A program made the position numbers and the translations under genes. From Vermamoeba vermiformis (Eukaryota), in the NCBI GenBank assembly GCA_045837725.1, contig JBEWZL010000243.1, positions 186,001-250,000 of the forward strand: a DNA stretch of 64,000 nucleotides, given 5' to 3'. Each line of letters opens with the position of its first letter. The stretch's first letter is position 1. The notes below the pieces were generated by a model. The model saw nothing but the letters and a program-made list of their open reading frames with translations, made no database searches and had not been told where the DNA came from. Below, in pieces: positions 52,645 to 64,000 of this stretch.

Positions 52645-55600
52645 TTAATAAGTGTGCAGCAGAGCCATAGCATCAGCTGCCTTTTGACGCACTAAAGGAC
52701 TCTTATCGCGCATTAACGAGATGAGTTCCTTGGTGACGCGTGAGGGGTTGTAATTCAAGCTCTTTCGATTATCTACAGGTGAATTGCCGAACAAGTGACC
52801 TACGAACATGGCTGCATTGCCCTTGATCACATTCCACTCGCTCTTGAAGTACGGATCTACACACGTCATTACGTACGAATTGAGCCGTGTGGGGAAGGCT
52901 TTGATCTGAGAACGTCATTAGTCCTAGCCTATTAAAGTCAGTACACAACACCACTTACCAGTGCCTTGGACAAATAGCTTAAGAACTCGTTGTAATCAAT
53001 TTCGCGTTGCGGATCTATGTTGCTGAACACTTTGTTGAGCTCTTCGACGCCAAACATCGGCACCAATCGCTTCAATGTCTCCTTGCAGGCAGTTCTGACC
53101 GTGGCCACCTCGTCATTGACGTGCAGCACGAGACTAGGCAGCAGCACGTGCGTCTGTTCTTGCAGGTTGTCGAGCACTGCGCTGCTGTTCTCGCTCTCCA
53201 CCAAGCGATCCAGCACACCCAACAGCTTCGCACCGGCCTCGCGCAGCTTGTCGTTGCTCTTGTCGAGGGCAGGCTTGATGCGATTGCAGATGTTGACGAG
53301 CACGGGGGCAATGCGATCGCAGTCAATCTCTTCGAACACACGGTACAGTCCGCGCATGGCTTCGAGTGCCACCACATCTTGCGGATCTTCAATGTTGGAC
53401 ATGAGTGCGTCGAGTACAGTGGTGCTGTAACGATTCAACTCCTCGCGACCAGCACTGACAATGTTGCTCATGCCGCGCAGTGCGTGCAGCTTGATCTCTG
53501 CGCGGGCCAGTGAATTGAGCAGTTGATTGATCAGTCTTTGCAACAATTCTTTGTCGTCCTTGGAGTGGTTGACAAGTTCAGCAATGATTGTGGCTGACAC
53601 TTGGCACTGAGCGGAATAATTTGATTTCATGAATGGCAGAACAAATGCAAAGATATTCCTTCGCTGATCAGGGTGCGATTGCGCAACAACACTGCAAAGA
53701 TGGAGCACGTTAGTACAGCGCACAAGAGCCAACAATAGACGTACCTAGTGATGGCAGTGATTGCATCGAGGTATTCAGGGCCAGTACCCTCCAGTTGAGT
53801 CCACACCGAGTCCAGATCCATCTTGTCCTGCAGTTTGTTGTCTTTGCTGCGGGCAACAAAGTTCTGCAAAGCTGTGATGACTTGCCTATAGGAAGTATTA
53901 GTGCTGAACTAAAAATAGCCGATCGATCTATGCGTACTGATTGGCCTCAGCAGATTCACGCGCAGTGCCGAATCGGAGCATGATGGTGCCAAAGTAGTGC
54001 GCGTATTTGTCGAGAATGAGACTCTCCATCTCCTCTGCCTCCAACAGTGCTGCGAGGGCCGCGGTGGCAGCCATGGACTTGACACTGACTTGCTGCTTGA
54101 CCTTCTTGTTGCTGTCGAGCACATCGTCGAACAGTTCACCGCTGTTGATCATCTCCGTCAAGTAGTCCACGGCATCGGACAACAGCTTGCCTTCTTTGGT
54201 AAACACTTGCAGGGCCTTGGAGATGTGGGGCGGGTGTGGCAATTTGACAGCGAGCAACTGATCCACTGTCTTGTACAGATGCAGCTCACCGAACACGCGC
54301 AGGGCGTGAAGAATGCCGTTCTGCAGCTGTTCGACTTCGCGCGTGGAGGTCCAACTCGTCTTGGCAGCCGCGACAGCAGTGGCAGTGGGTGAGACAGCAC
54401 TCGGTGTGCTCGGGGTGCGCGGTGCAGCTTTGTTGTCTACAGTCGGGGACAGTGCGCTGCCCTTGCGCTTGAGTGCAGTGCCACTCGTGCCCTGCGAGAG
54501 CTGCAGCTGTTCCATCACGTGCGCGAGTTGTTTGAGCAGCAGTTCGACAATAGGACCCACACTGCCACCGAGCTCTGTGCCGCGCAGTTTGATGAGCGAG
54601 TAGAGCACCACACAGCAGCCACGTGCCGCAGAGAGTTGATGGTCGCTGAGACCATTGCCCACTGCCAGCACCAAGTCGCCAATCGTGGTGACGTGCGCCA
54701 TGGTCGCGAGAATAGAGGCCAGCTCACCGACCACCACAAACTGCTCGTTCAATTCATCGGACAGGATGCGCTTGCTGTCAATGAGAGGCACATGTGAGTC
54801 ACGTGATCACGAGACATGACAGGTGTCACTTACCGCATCTCAGCAATGGGTGCGAGGGCCTCAGGGGGCTGCGAGAGATCGAGCTTCTCAACGCGTGCTT
54901 GCAGTGCCCAGTCCACGAACAGCACCAATCTGATCGCCGCCAGTGCCGTGCTGCGCAGTGTGGCCTCGACATCGAGTGTGCGCGGCAACAGTGCGCCGAT
55001 CCAGCCACCTACTGCTCGCAGTCGCGCGTCGTCAACAAAGGTCGGTGCTGGGCTGTCTTCGCTCGTCAACAGCTCCGCGGTGGTCTTGAACAGCGTCAGT
55101 GCTGAGGTCAGTGAACGCGTGCGCTCATCAGTGCGTGCAGACTTGAGGGGTGGCTCCAAGAACTAAAAATAGAAGCAGTGATCAGCACTAGCGATCTACC
55201 AGGGCAGTGTCACTCACCGTCAACACGCGCTCCAATCGCAGGGTGGAGGTGTCTTTGAGCAGCAGCGTGGTGAGCACGCGATTGATGTTCTCGAAGATGA
55301 GTGCGCCACTGCTCTCGTCCTCGGGCTTGATGTCCAGACCGTAGAACGAGGTCACTGCTGTCATCAAGCTCTGCTCCACTTCAGCACTGATGGGCGGATC
55401 CAAGTCACTGCATGACACGTGTCAAACACCGAGTACTACTACAATAATCAGTTCGACTTACATGAGTGTGGCACAGGCGTTGAGACCGAGCACGCGAATG
55501 GAGTGCGTGACATCTGAGGGGCCCGTCAGCGCGGCTGCACTCACTGGCGCGGGACTGGCTGCTCCACTGGGGGCCTTGGGTCGTTCGGGCAAGATGAATT

Positions 55601-58600
55601 CAATCACCTTCAACAAGAGCTCGTCACGTGACTTCAACACGAAGCGCGACTCAGCACCGAGTCGCTGGTGATGCACGGCCTTGCCCACGAGATCAATCGC
55701 AGTGATCAGTGACTCGCGCCGCAGCTGATTGCGATTGTTCATGAACTGTTTGAGCGTGTTGATCACGTGCACATCCACGCGCGAGGGCAGGATGGCGGGA
55801 TTAGCATAAGCAGCGACGTAGCCGAGTGCGAGGATGATGGTGTTGATGTGCGCACCGTCCTTGACCTCGCTGCCCTTGGAGAACAGGCCAAACAGCCCGC
55901 CACCCCCGCTCTTGCCACCATCGGGCTTGACAAAGGTCTGCGTCTTCTCCAGCACTGCATCGAGGTGCGTGTTGGCTGCGTAGCCGAGTGCTTGTGCGCA
56001 GCCCTGACGCTCGAGTGCTTGATTGTGATCGACCTCGCTGAACAGCGTGTCCAGACAGCGGCGAATGAACTCCTTGTGATGCACGAGCTGCAGCACCACA
56101 CCCAAGTGCTTGAGGGCAATGCGCTTCAAGAAGGGCGTGTCTTTGTACATGCGCAGCTGTTCGCTCAGTGCATCGCCGAGTCGCATGGCCCACTCGTCGT
56201 CGTTGATCAGCTTGATGGTCTCGGACAGCAGGCGCAACAAGTACTCCTCCCACTTGCTCTCACTCCACTGCGCCGCTGTTCAAGCAGTTAGTGCACGTGT
56301 CCCCACAGTGCAGGTGCAGTACTTACAGCCGTAGAGCTTGACGAGCACGGGCACAGAGTTGTCCCAGAGCTCTTGTATGGAGGGGTGCAGCACACCCGCG
56401 GTCTGTTGCAGGGCCTCGAGAATGGAGGTGGAGTTGGCTTGCTTGCCCGAGTAGTTGCTCGGCGGCAAGTGACTGAGCACCAACAGTCGCGTGAGAATCA
56501 TCTGCGGCTTGGGCAGATTGACCGCGCGATCAAAGTCGATAAAGTAGTCCGGTGCTTGTTGTTCACGCTTGGTGCGCGCGAGGGCAGCAATCGACTTGCT
56601 GACAATAGGCACGCTAGCGGTCAGCTCGGGCTTGGCGAGGGCCTCGAACAAGTAGGGCCACAGCACCTTGTTGGCGGAGGGAATGGTGGTGGTCATCAAG
56701 TGCAGCACGTGATCGCACATGTCGCGCAGTTCACCAGGGCCCACATCAAAGCTGACTTCACCGGGCTTGCGCTGTTTGAGGGCCTGTTTGTGTCGCTCAA
56801 TCTCCGCCTCGGTGATGGCACAGTTGCGCACGATGAACTCGACCATGCGCTCACCACCCTCGAGCAGCAGATAGTCGTGCGAGGCCATGGCAATCACGGT
56901 CTGAGCGAGGGCCTTGCGCACCTGCAGACTGGGCTCGGGGACTGTGACGAGGGGCTGCAGACCTGACACGAGCAGCTCTTTGCGCACTTCCAGCTCCGTC
57001 TCTGCAGCACGTGATCAGCATCGTGCCGTGCACCAGATCTAACACTACGTACCGAGGCGATTGACGAGGTGGCGCAAGATGTGCAGCGTGCCCTCTTTGG
57101 TGCGCGGGTCTTTGATCTGCAAGCGCGTCAACAGGAACGAGAGCAGCGAGTCAGTGAACACGTGGCCTGGTGCAGCGGTGAGTCACGCGATGGAGCGAAC
57201 ACAGTGCGCGGTACGTACCAATGATCTCAAAGCAGCGGAGCAGTTCGTTGAAGTTCTTGAGGTTCATGGGATTGCTGAGATTGCTGGGCGAGCACACGAG
57301 TTGATGCAGCAGCGCGAGGATGTTGGGCAAGTGTTGCTCCAGCACCGTGCTGTTGTCGCGCGTGGCTACACTCAGCATGTTGTAGAAGCCCTGCGTGATG
57401 GGCAAGTGCTTCACGTCCTTCTCTTTCTTGTACATGTTCAGAATGCCGTTCACGAGACGCGGCAGTTGTGACTCGAATTGATCGCGCGACATGATGGCAC
57501 ACATCGAACCTATCGCTTGAATCGTTGTCAAGCGCACCTGTCGTTCAGTGAAATGTCAGACGCGTGTCACTGATCACGTGATCGGCGAATAGTTGCAATT
57601 ACCTTGCGTTTCTGCGAGGTGAGCCAATTCGAAAACATGAACTCGTAGCACGTGAACACTTCGGCGCTGAAGTTGGTGGCGTGCCAAGAGCGGTCCTTGG
57701 CCTGGTCGAGATTGGCCATGTAGGTGATGATGGCCTCGCAGAACTGACCCATGCAGAACGCAAAGGCCCAGCGCATGTTGTCGTGTTTGATGGAGGCCAG
57801 CACGGGCAACACACGTGCCAAGACATCTTTCAGCTGCGGTACGATGCCCATCGCTGTTCAGTGAACGGTGTCAGTCACGTGACTGGAGAGTGACACGTGC
57901 AGTGTCAGGTACGTACGATTAGCAGAGGCGAGGTCACCGAGAGTCTTGATGACAAAGTAGTGTGGCAGAGTGCCACTCTTGAACTGTTCGAGCAGTCGTG
58001 CAATGATGTGTGGTGGCACGGGGTTGGATTCACTCGCCTCACCACTGCGCGACAGAGCTACCAGCACTTGCGATGCTGCTCCTTGCCAGTCCGGCACCAC
58101 TTCCTAATATTACGCATTTTAACATCAAGAACGTCACGTTTGTATTGCAAAGACGCACCTTCTCGCGGATCATTTCACTGACGGCGAGATCGACGAGTCC
58201 TTTAGCGAGGTCATTAGGCACTTGTTCGCGCTTATATTCTACAATCTTTTCAATCACTGTCAGCAATATCACGCGATGTCCCTTCTGTGCCTAAGTGAGA
58301 ATAAGGGCTGTGAGTTTGTGAAGATATTGCCATCAGTGTATTGAGCAAATTTAATGCCACGATAATTTATATTAATTATTAATTATTACTTTGAGCTCTT
58401 TCTTCAAAAATTCAGCGCAGCCACTAAGAACAAGATTTGGCTGAAAACGTCCAATATCAATTAAAGACGCTGTAATGCTGTTTCTGACTCGTTCATCTTC
58501 ATCAAATGCCGACTCAATTAGAGACGTAACAATATCTGTTTAATTAAAGGGTGTTAATTGGATCTGCTGGTCTCAAACAAAAATCATTGCAGTAATTACC

Positions 58601-58648
58601 ATCAATATTAGTATTGACAGGATAAAGGCTGAGAACTCGTTTAGCCAT
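52645..58648 (-). CDS. MROH1: Maestro HEAT-like repeat protein (MROH1/HEATR7A)
   Basis: Long HEAT-repeat multi-exon gene: LAVSEMI..K..VPDWQGAASQVLVAL, LPHYFVIKTLGDLA, NELLRCFEII, VIAMASHDYL..EGG..VEFIVRNC, VLWPYL, ERQGCA.ALGY, IKGNAAMFVG. Confidence 0.88.
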
Positions 58649-58826
58649 GGACGTCTAATATGAGATGTGATGACGAGATTAATAAAAAATAATGATAAAC
58701 CTAACAGTAATGTTCGTGATATTTTTCGTTTTTTCCCGTGTGTCCCCGAATGAAATCAGATCGCGGGGCCCACACTTATTTCAGTTTATAATTTACTTTT
58801 AACACTAAGAACACCACTAGTACACT

Positions 58827-59363
58827 ATGCTGCGTACTGTCGGTGTTGCTTTGAAGACTGTTGCACGCAGCACTGTGCGACACTCGAGTCAGTGTGGCGT
58901 CAATCCACTACTCGCTACACAAGCTAAACAATCAGCACTCAACTCACATACATCTAACACTACTATTACACCCTCTAATACCTTGTTTGCGCCCATCAAA
59001 AGCGAGCCAATTTTTAAATCTAAATTCCAATTAAACGAAGGTAATTTATCTCCCCTTAATTATTTAATGCGCCCAAAATATTTATACAATCGTACCAGAT
59101 ATTATGTGGCATTATTCAATGGCTCTGATTTTATTTTGAATTTTTATTAATATTTTATTTTAGCAAATCCAATTCCAGCCCGCTTTTTAATTACATGGGA
59201 AAACACAATCAATAACTATAACAAAGAAGAAAACCCTCAAAACAATATTGAATACCAAATGGAAAGTGTAAAAAGAAAGAGAAAGAGAAAGATGAACAAA
59301 CACAAGCTACGAAAGAGAAGAAAGGCGCAAAAAGCTTTAATGAAAAAGTTGGGACGAGCATAA
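58827..59363 (+). CDS. Mitochondrial ribosomal protein mS38/COX24-like
   Basis: Presequence MLRTVGVALKTVARS..; C-terminal MESVKRKRKRKMNKHKLRKRRKAQK signature. One intron. Confidence 0.88.
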
Positions 59364-59523
59364 GCGGCATATATATTGTAGAACACGATCATAAAATGAT
59401 ATTCGGTGACGCTGTGTTTATCAATTTTATTTTTTTGACCGTTGCAAGCCCGCTCTTTTAGTTTTGAAATTTTAAAACTCCATTAACCAATATTCCAACC
59501 AATACAGCACCACACCACACACC

Positions 59524-60247
59524 ATGAGCGTTACTTACAGACGTCCCGAAGCAAATAAACCTAAAGTCGAGGTCAACTCCGCTAACAAGAGGTAATCAAA
59601 TGAAATTGTCAAATCTGCTTTTACTAACGAAAAAATAATGGTCTAGATTGCAAAGCGAGTTAATGTCACTTATGGTACGTTAATACAATAATACGAAATT
59701 AATTTAACTTGCTCATCATAATAATTACAGACTGGATCTGGATCGAGCGATATTTCTGCATTTCCTGACGGAGACAACTTGTTTAAGTGGATTGGCACTA
59801 TCAAGGGCGTTGCAGGCACTGTAAGTTTAATTACACACCACATTGTAACGCATGGCTGACCAATGACAGCCCTACGAGAACTTGACGTTCAAATTGACCC
59901 TCGAGTTCCCAGCCAATTATCCCTTTGCAGCCCCCACTGTGCGCTTTGATACACCGTGCTATCACCCTAATGTCGATCAATATGGCAACATCTGCTTGGA
60001 CATTTTGAAAGACAAGTGGTCTGCTGTGTACAACGTGCGCACAATTCTGTTGTCGATCCAAAGTCTGTTGGGCGGTACGTAATCATCGCACCTGCAACAT
60101 TAACAGTAGATCTAATGTCATATTGTAGAGCCCAACAACGATAGTCCACTCAATAGTCACGCTGCCACGACTTGGGACGATGCAGTAGAATTCAAAAAGA
60201 ACGTTCTGCTTAAATACGAAGAGGCCAAGAGGATCGCTGCGAAATAA
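59524..60247 (+). CDS. UBE2C: Ubiquitin-conjugating enzyme E2 C (UbcH10-like)
   Basis: [83 protein letters not shown]. Confidence 0.92.
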
Positions 60248-60329
60248 TGTTGTTAATAGTCCGCACTGCTTCTCTTTGGTGAAGAAGCATTGCAATCATG
60301 TAAAATAAAGCAATCACCCGTTTAATTGA

Positions 60330-60338
60330 TTTCGCGCC
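60330..60338 (+). promoter_or_regulatory. E2F-type site TTTCGCGCC upstream of MCM4
   Basis: Matches the TTTSSCGC consensus about 65 nt before the MCM4 ATG. Short motif, function inferred. Confidence 0.45.
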
Positions 60339-60401
60339 ATTTTGTCCGCTTATTTTTAAATTTTCACTCGCACTGATCATTCACGAGAGTCACCACAGAC
60401 T

Positions 60402-63161
60402 ATGACCAGCAGTCCTATTCGTTTGACAAGTGAGCTGGTACCGTTTGAGCAGCCCTCCAGTCCTGTCCACTTTGAGGACGAGGAGATGCCTCAACGAGAG
60501 GACATCCCGCAAGCACCGTTAATGGAGGAGCTTATTGATGCCCAAAATCTCGCAGAAGTCCAAAAGACATATATTTGGGGTACTACAGTCACGGTTAAAG
60601 ACACATATAATGGATTCAGGAACTTTTTGGAGAAGTTTAAAAAAGATGGCGCTTCAAAGCCGCATTATATTCAGATTTTAGAGCAGGTAATTATTAATGC
60701 ATTATTTTATAAAATAGTTGCACGAGAGGTAACGCTTTAATGGCAGATGAAAGACACAGAAATCACCAACTTCAACCTCGATTGTCAAAACTTGTACGAA
60801 TTTGAGCGCCTACACACGCTGTACTACAAATTGATCAATTACCCGCAAGAAGTCATTCCTATATTCGATATGGTCGTGCACGATCTGTTTCGCGCGCTAT
60901 TTCCTGAAGTGGAACTGCGCCGTCCGATCCAAGTGCGCACTTTCAACTTAAAAGAGACTAGGCCCATGCGCGAACTGAACCCTGAAGGTACGCGACTATA
61001 CGAGCTCGTTGTTATGCAGCCCCTTGACTGACAGCTGCTGCCCAGACATTGACAAGCTGATCAGCGTGAAGGGCATGATCATACGCCACAGCAACATCAT
61101 CCCCGACCTCAAGACTGCCTTCTTCAAGTGCGTCATTTGCGAGAAGACTGAGGTGCGCGAAGTGGATCGAGGACGCATCATGGAGCCGAACAAGTGTCCC
61201 AACTGTCAGTCCAAGGGTGGCATGGCACTCGTGCACAATCGTGGCCTGTACTCGGACAAACAAGTCGTCAAGCTGCAAGAGACACCCGAGTCCATCCCCG
61301 AGGGTGGCACGCCACAGACTGTCAATCTCGCGGTGTACGATGATCTCGTCGATGTCACGCGCCCTGGTGATCGTATTCGCGTGACAGGCATCTACCGTGC
61401 TCAGCCAGTGCGCACCAATCAGGGTCAACGCGCGGTCAAACACGTGTATCGCACGTACATTGACGTCATTCACTTTCACTTGCAAGATGCGCAGCGCACT
61501 GAACACGACGCAGTGGCTGAGGACGTGAATATGGCGACGAGTGTCGGGGACAGTCAGCTGTACGTACTGCCTTGTGTGACATGTACCGAGAACTAACTGA
61601 CGACAGACACGATGACACGGATGAATTGGATGTCAACTCGGAAGAGAAAGTTGCCAAATTTAGACAATTCGGACAATTGCCCGATGTCTATGAACGATTA
61701 GTCAAGTCATTCGGTACGCTTGCAATGTAACAATGGAGCGTTTATTAACAGCTAACGCAGCACCGAGCATTCACGAACTCGATGACATTAAGAAGGGTAT
61801 ATTGTGTCAGTTGTTTGGTGGCACCAACAAGAAATTTGCAGAAAACAGCGGAAAATTCAGGTAAGCAGTTATTCCACCCCAAATGTTCCACCGTGCCTAA
61901 CCAGCCTCTGCAGAGGCGAGATCAATGTGCTGCTGTGCGGTGATCCGGGCATGTCCAAGTCACAGCTGCTGCAGTACGTGCACAAGATTGCCCCGCGCGG
62001 CATTTACACCTCGGGCAAGGGCAGTTCTGCGGTGGGTCTGACAGCCTACATCACCAAGGACCCGGACACGGGCGAGGCAGTGTTGGAGAGGTACGTACTG
62101 CCATGTCACATGTCGCGAGTTGTACTCACCCCCTGTGCAGCGGTGCTCTCGTGCTGAGTGATCGCGGCATCTGCTGCATTGACGAGTTCGACAAGATGAG
62201 CGATCAGACACGCGCTATATTGCACGAGGCTATGGTACGTAGTCGTGCACAATACTGTGGGGGACGCATATTAACGCCACTCTAGGAACAACAAACCGTC
62301 TCCGTGGCCAAGGCAGGCATCATCTGTTCACTGAATGCGCGCACGGCGATCCTGGCGAGTGCCAATCCACGTGACAGCAAGTACAACCCCAATCTGTCCG
62401 TGGTGGACAACATTCAACTGCCGCCTACACTGCTCAGTCGATTCGATCTCATCTACCTCATACTCGACAAGCCAGATCCGAATTCAGATCGCAAGTTGGC
62501 GCGTCACTTGGTCTCGCTGTACTTTGAGGACGCAGAAGAGCACGCTGCTGCACACACCGCGCACGACGATCACCTCGCCCTCGCCCCCGCTGAACTCAAG
62601 CAGTACATTGCTTGGGCGCGCAAAGTCGTGCAGCCCCAGCTGAGTGACGAGGCCCTCGAAGCACTCGTTGAAGGCTACGTGCAGCTGCGGCGTGTCGGTG
62701 GCAGCAGTGGGCACGGGCGACGTGTCATAGCCGCAACGCCGCGTCAACTGGAAGGCTTGATTCGACTGAGCGAAGCACTCGCCAAGATGAGTCTGTCCAA
62801 TCTCGTCACGGCGCGGCACGTCACCGAAGCACTGCGCCTCACTCGTCTCGCGCTGTTGCAAGCGGCGACAGATCCGCGCTCAGGGCTGGTGGACATCGAT
62901 CTCATCACCACTGGTCGCTCTGCTGTCATGCGCGCGCGTATCAAGCAGCTCGCGAATGAGATGAAGTTGCTGCTCGATCGCCAACAAGCAGGCATCAAGT
63001 ACGACTTGCTCTACAACGCGGTGCAGCAACAGGCGCAGAACGGCACGGAGATACCGCGCGAGGACTTTGAAGAGGCGCTGCACCTGCTGCTGGAGGAGGA
63101 GAGCGTGACCATCTCTGGCAACGACAAGAGCCGCACTGTGCGCCGTGTGGTGCAGAGCTGA
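60402..63161 (+). CDS. MCM4: DNA replication licensing factor MCM4
   Basis: [107 protein letters not shown]. Confidence 0.96.
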
Positions 63162-63252
63162 GAATTCTGGATGTATCATAGCGACATTTAACTAAACCGA
63201 TTTATTATGTACAAATACGCGAGTTGATAAGCAATATGCACAGCCCCTATTA

Positions 63253-63810
63253 TTAGTTCATCGCATCTGCTTGACGACGCAGGGGAGGGCCATTGTCTAC
63301 TTTGATGCCTTGGGACTCAAAATCACCGTACGGCTTCTGTTCGAGCTTCTTAACACTAGCAATGGTAATATTAATACGATATACGTATGATATAACTATG
63401 TAATAGTGAGCCAAAAACGAATTGAATATTTACCGTCGTTTGTGTGTCTTTTCTTGAAGATGTGCTTCCTCTGCTTTTTGACTGATAAAATATCGACTAT
63501 AATATGGGTTCATTAATAATTGTCCTTGATAATTGCTAAACTAATGCAGGAAAATTATGCGATCTGACAGATCCAAACATACTCGCAAGCTTGGCAATAA
63601 AACTTTCCGAAGCCCGGCAAATCAGGATCAAACTTCTTCTTAGCTTTTTTCATATTGGGCTTGGGGTTATTAATCTCGTCGTAAATCTGATCCAAATCTA
63701 CAAAACAGATCGTGTCAATGGCGTAGTTTGGTTGATGGATTGATGTTACCTTTCTTTCGTCGAGCTGTTACATGTCGCTTGGACACCTTTTGAGGTTTGA
63801 ACTTGCCCAT
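63253..63810 (-). CDS. ZNF593: Zinc finger protein 593/Bud20 (60S biogenesis factor)
   Basis: DLDQIYDE...FDPDLPGFGKFYCQACDRYF......H....HKRRVKKL..KPY. Confidence 0.9.
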
Positions 63811-63906
63811 CTGTGTTCGTCAGTTGTAGTGTGCGTGAATTCTGATCAGATCGCAGCGAACGGTTTTTTTATTCAAACAGTCACTGATGTGCAATGAGTG
63901 GTTAAT

Positions 63907-64000
63907 TTACATGGATTCATTGGCAAGCTTCTCTTGACCAGCTGCGCCTCCTTGCTGCCAATACTGTCGTCCGAGTTCGGTACATCCAAATCGTTTGAGG
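63907..64000 (-). CDS. 3' end of an unidentified gene (runs off window end)
   Basis: Open frame LKRFGCTELGRQYWQQGGAAGQEKLANESM* with coding-like GC content. Confidence 0.45.
   Translation of the reverse strand, partial: LKRFGCTELGRQYWQQGGAAGQEKLANESM

Noticed and set aside
53000-57900. Many overlapping long ORFs on both strands
   Set aside because: Expected by-product of the GC-rich codon usage of MROH1.

Overview
This is gene-dense, intron-rich eukaryotic nuclear DNA in the standard genetic code. It is not prokaryotic, and I found no CRISPR array, tRNA or rRNA. Gene content (Dictyostelium-type P2X receptor, fimbrin-type ABD protein, coactosin-like protein, MROH1, mitochondrion-targeted type-2 MDH) points to an amoebozoan-like protist, which is an inference. 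I reconstructed about 35 spliced protein-coding genes by hand from short (mostly 40-130 nt) introns. CDS coordinates run from start codon to stop codon including introns, and most entries in the ORF track are single exons or antisense shadows. Main observations: (1) a single gene joining calmodulin-like EF-hands, a KRRKL motif, importin-alpha-like ARM repeats, a PB1 domain and a calcineurin-B/NCS-like EF-hand module; (2) a 484-bp TIR element with an 8-bp TSD inserted in a coding exon, carrying splice signals that could remove it in frame; (3) two U12-type (minor spliceosome) introns, one at the position of the human TRAPPC2 minor intron; (4) four GC-AG introns and a 10-nt micro-exon; (5) a stand-alone DNMT1-RFTS/zinc-finger protein, a prenylated talin-F0-like ubiquitin-fold microprotein, a fimbrin-ABD/LSD1-zinc-finger fusion, a TPR plus phage-like 2OG-Fe(II) oxygenase, and an MDH with a long N-terminal extension. 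All family calls are from motif recognition only; no database searches were run.
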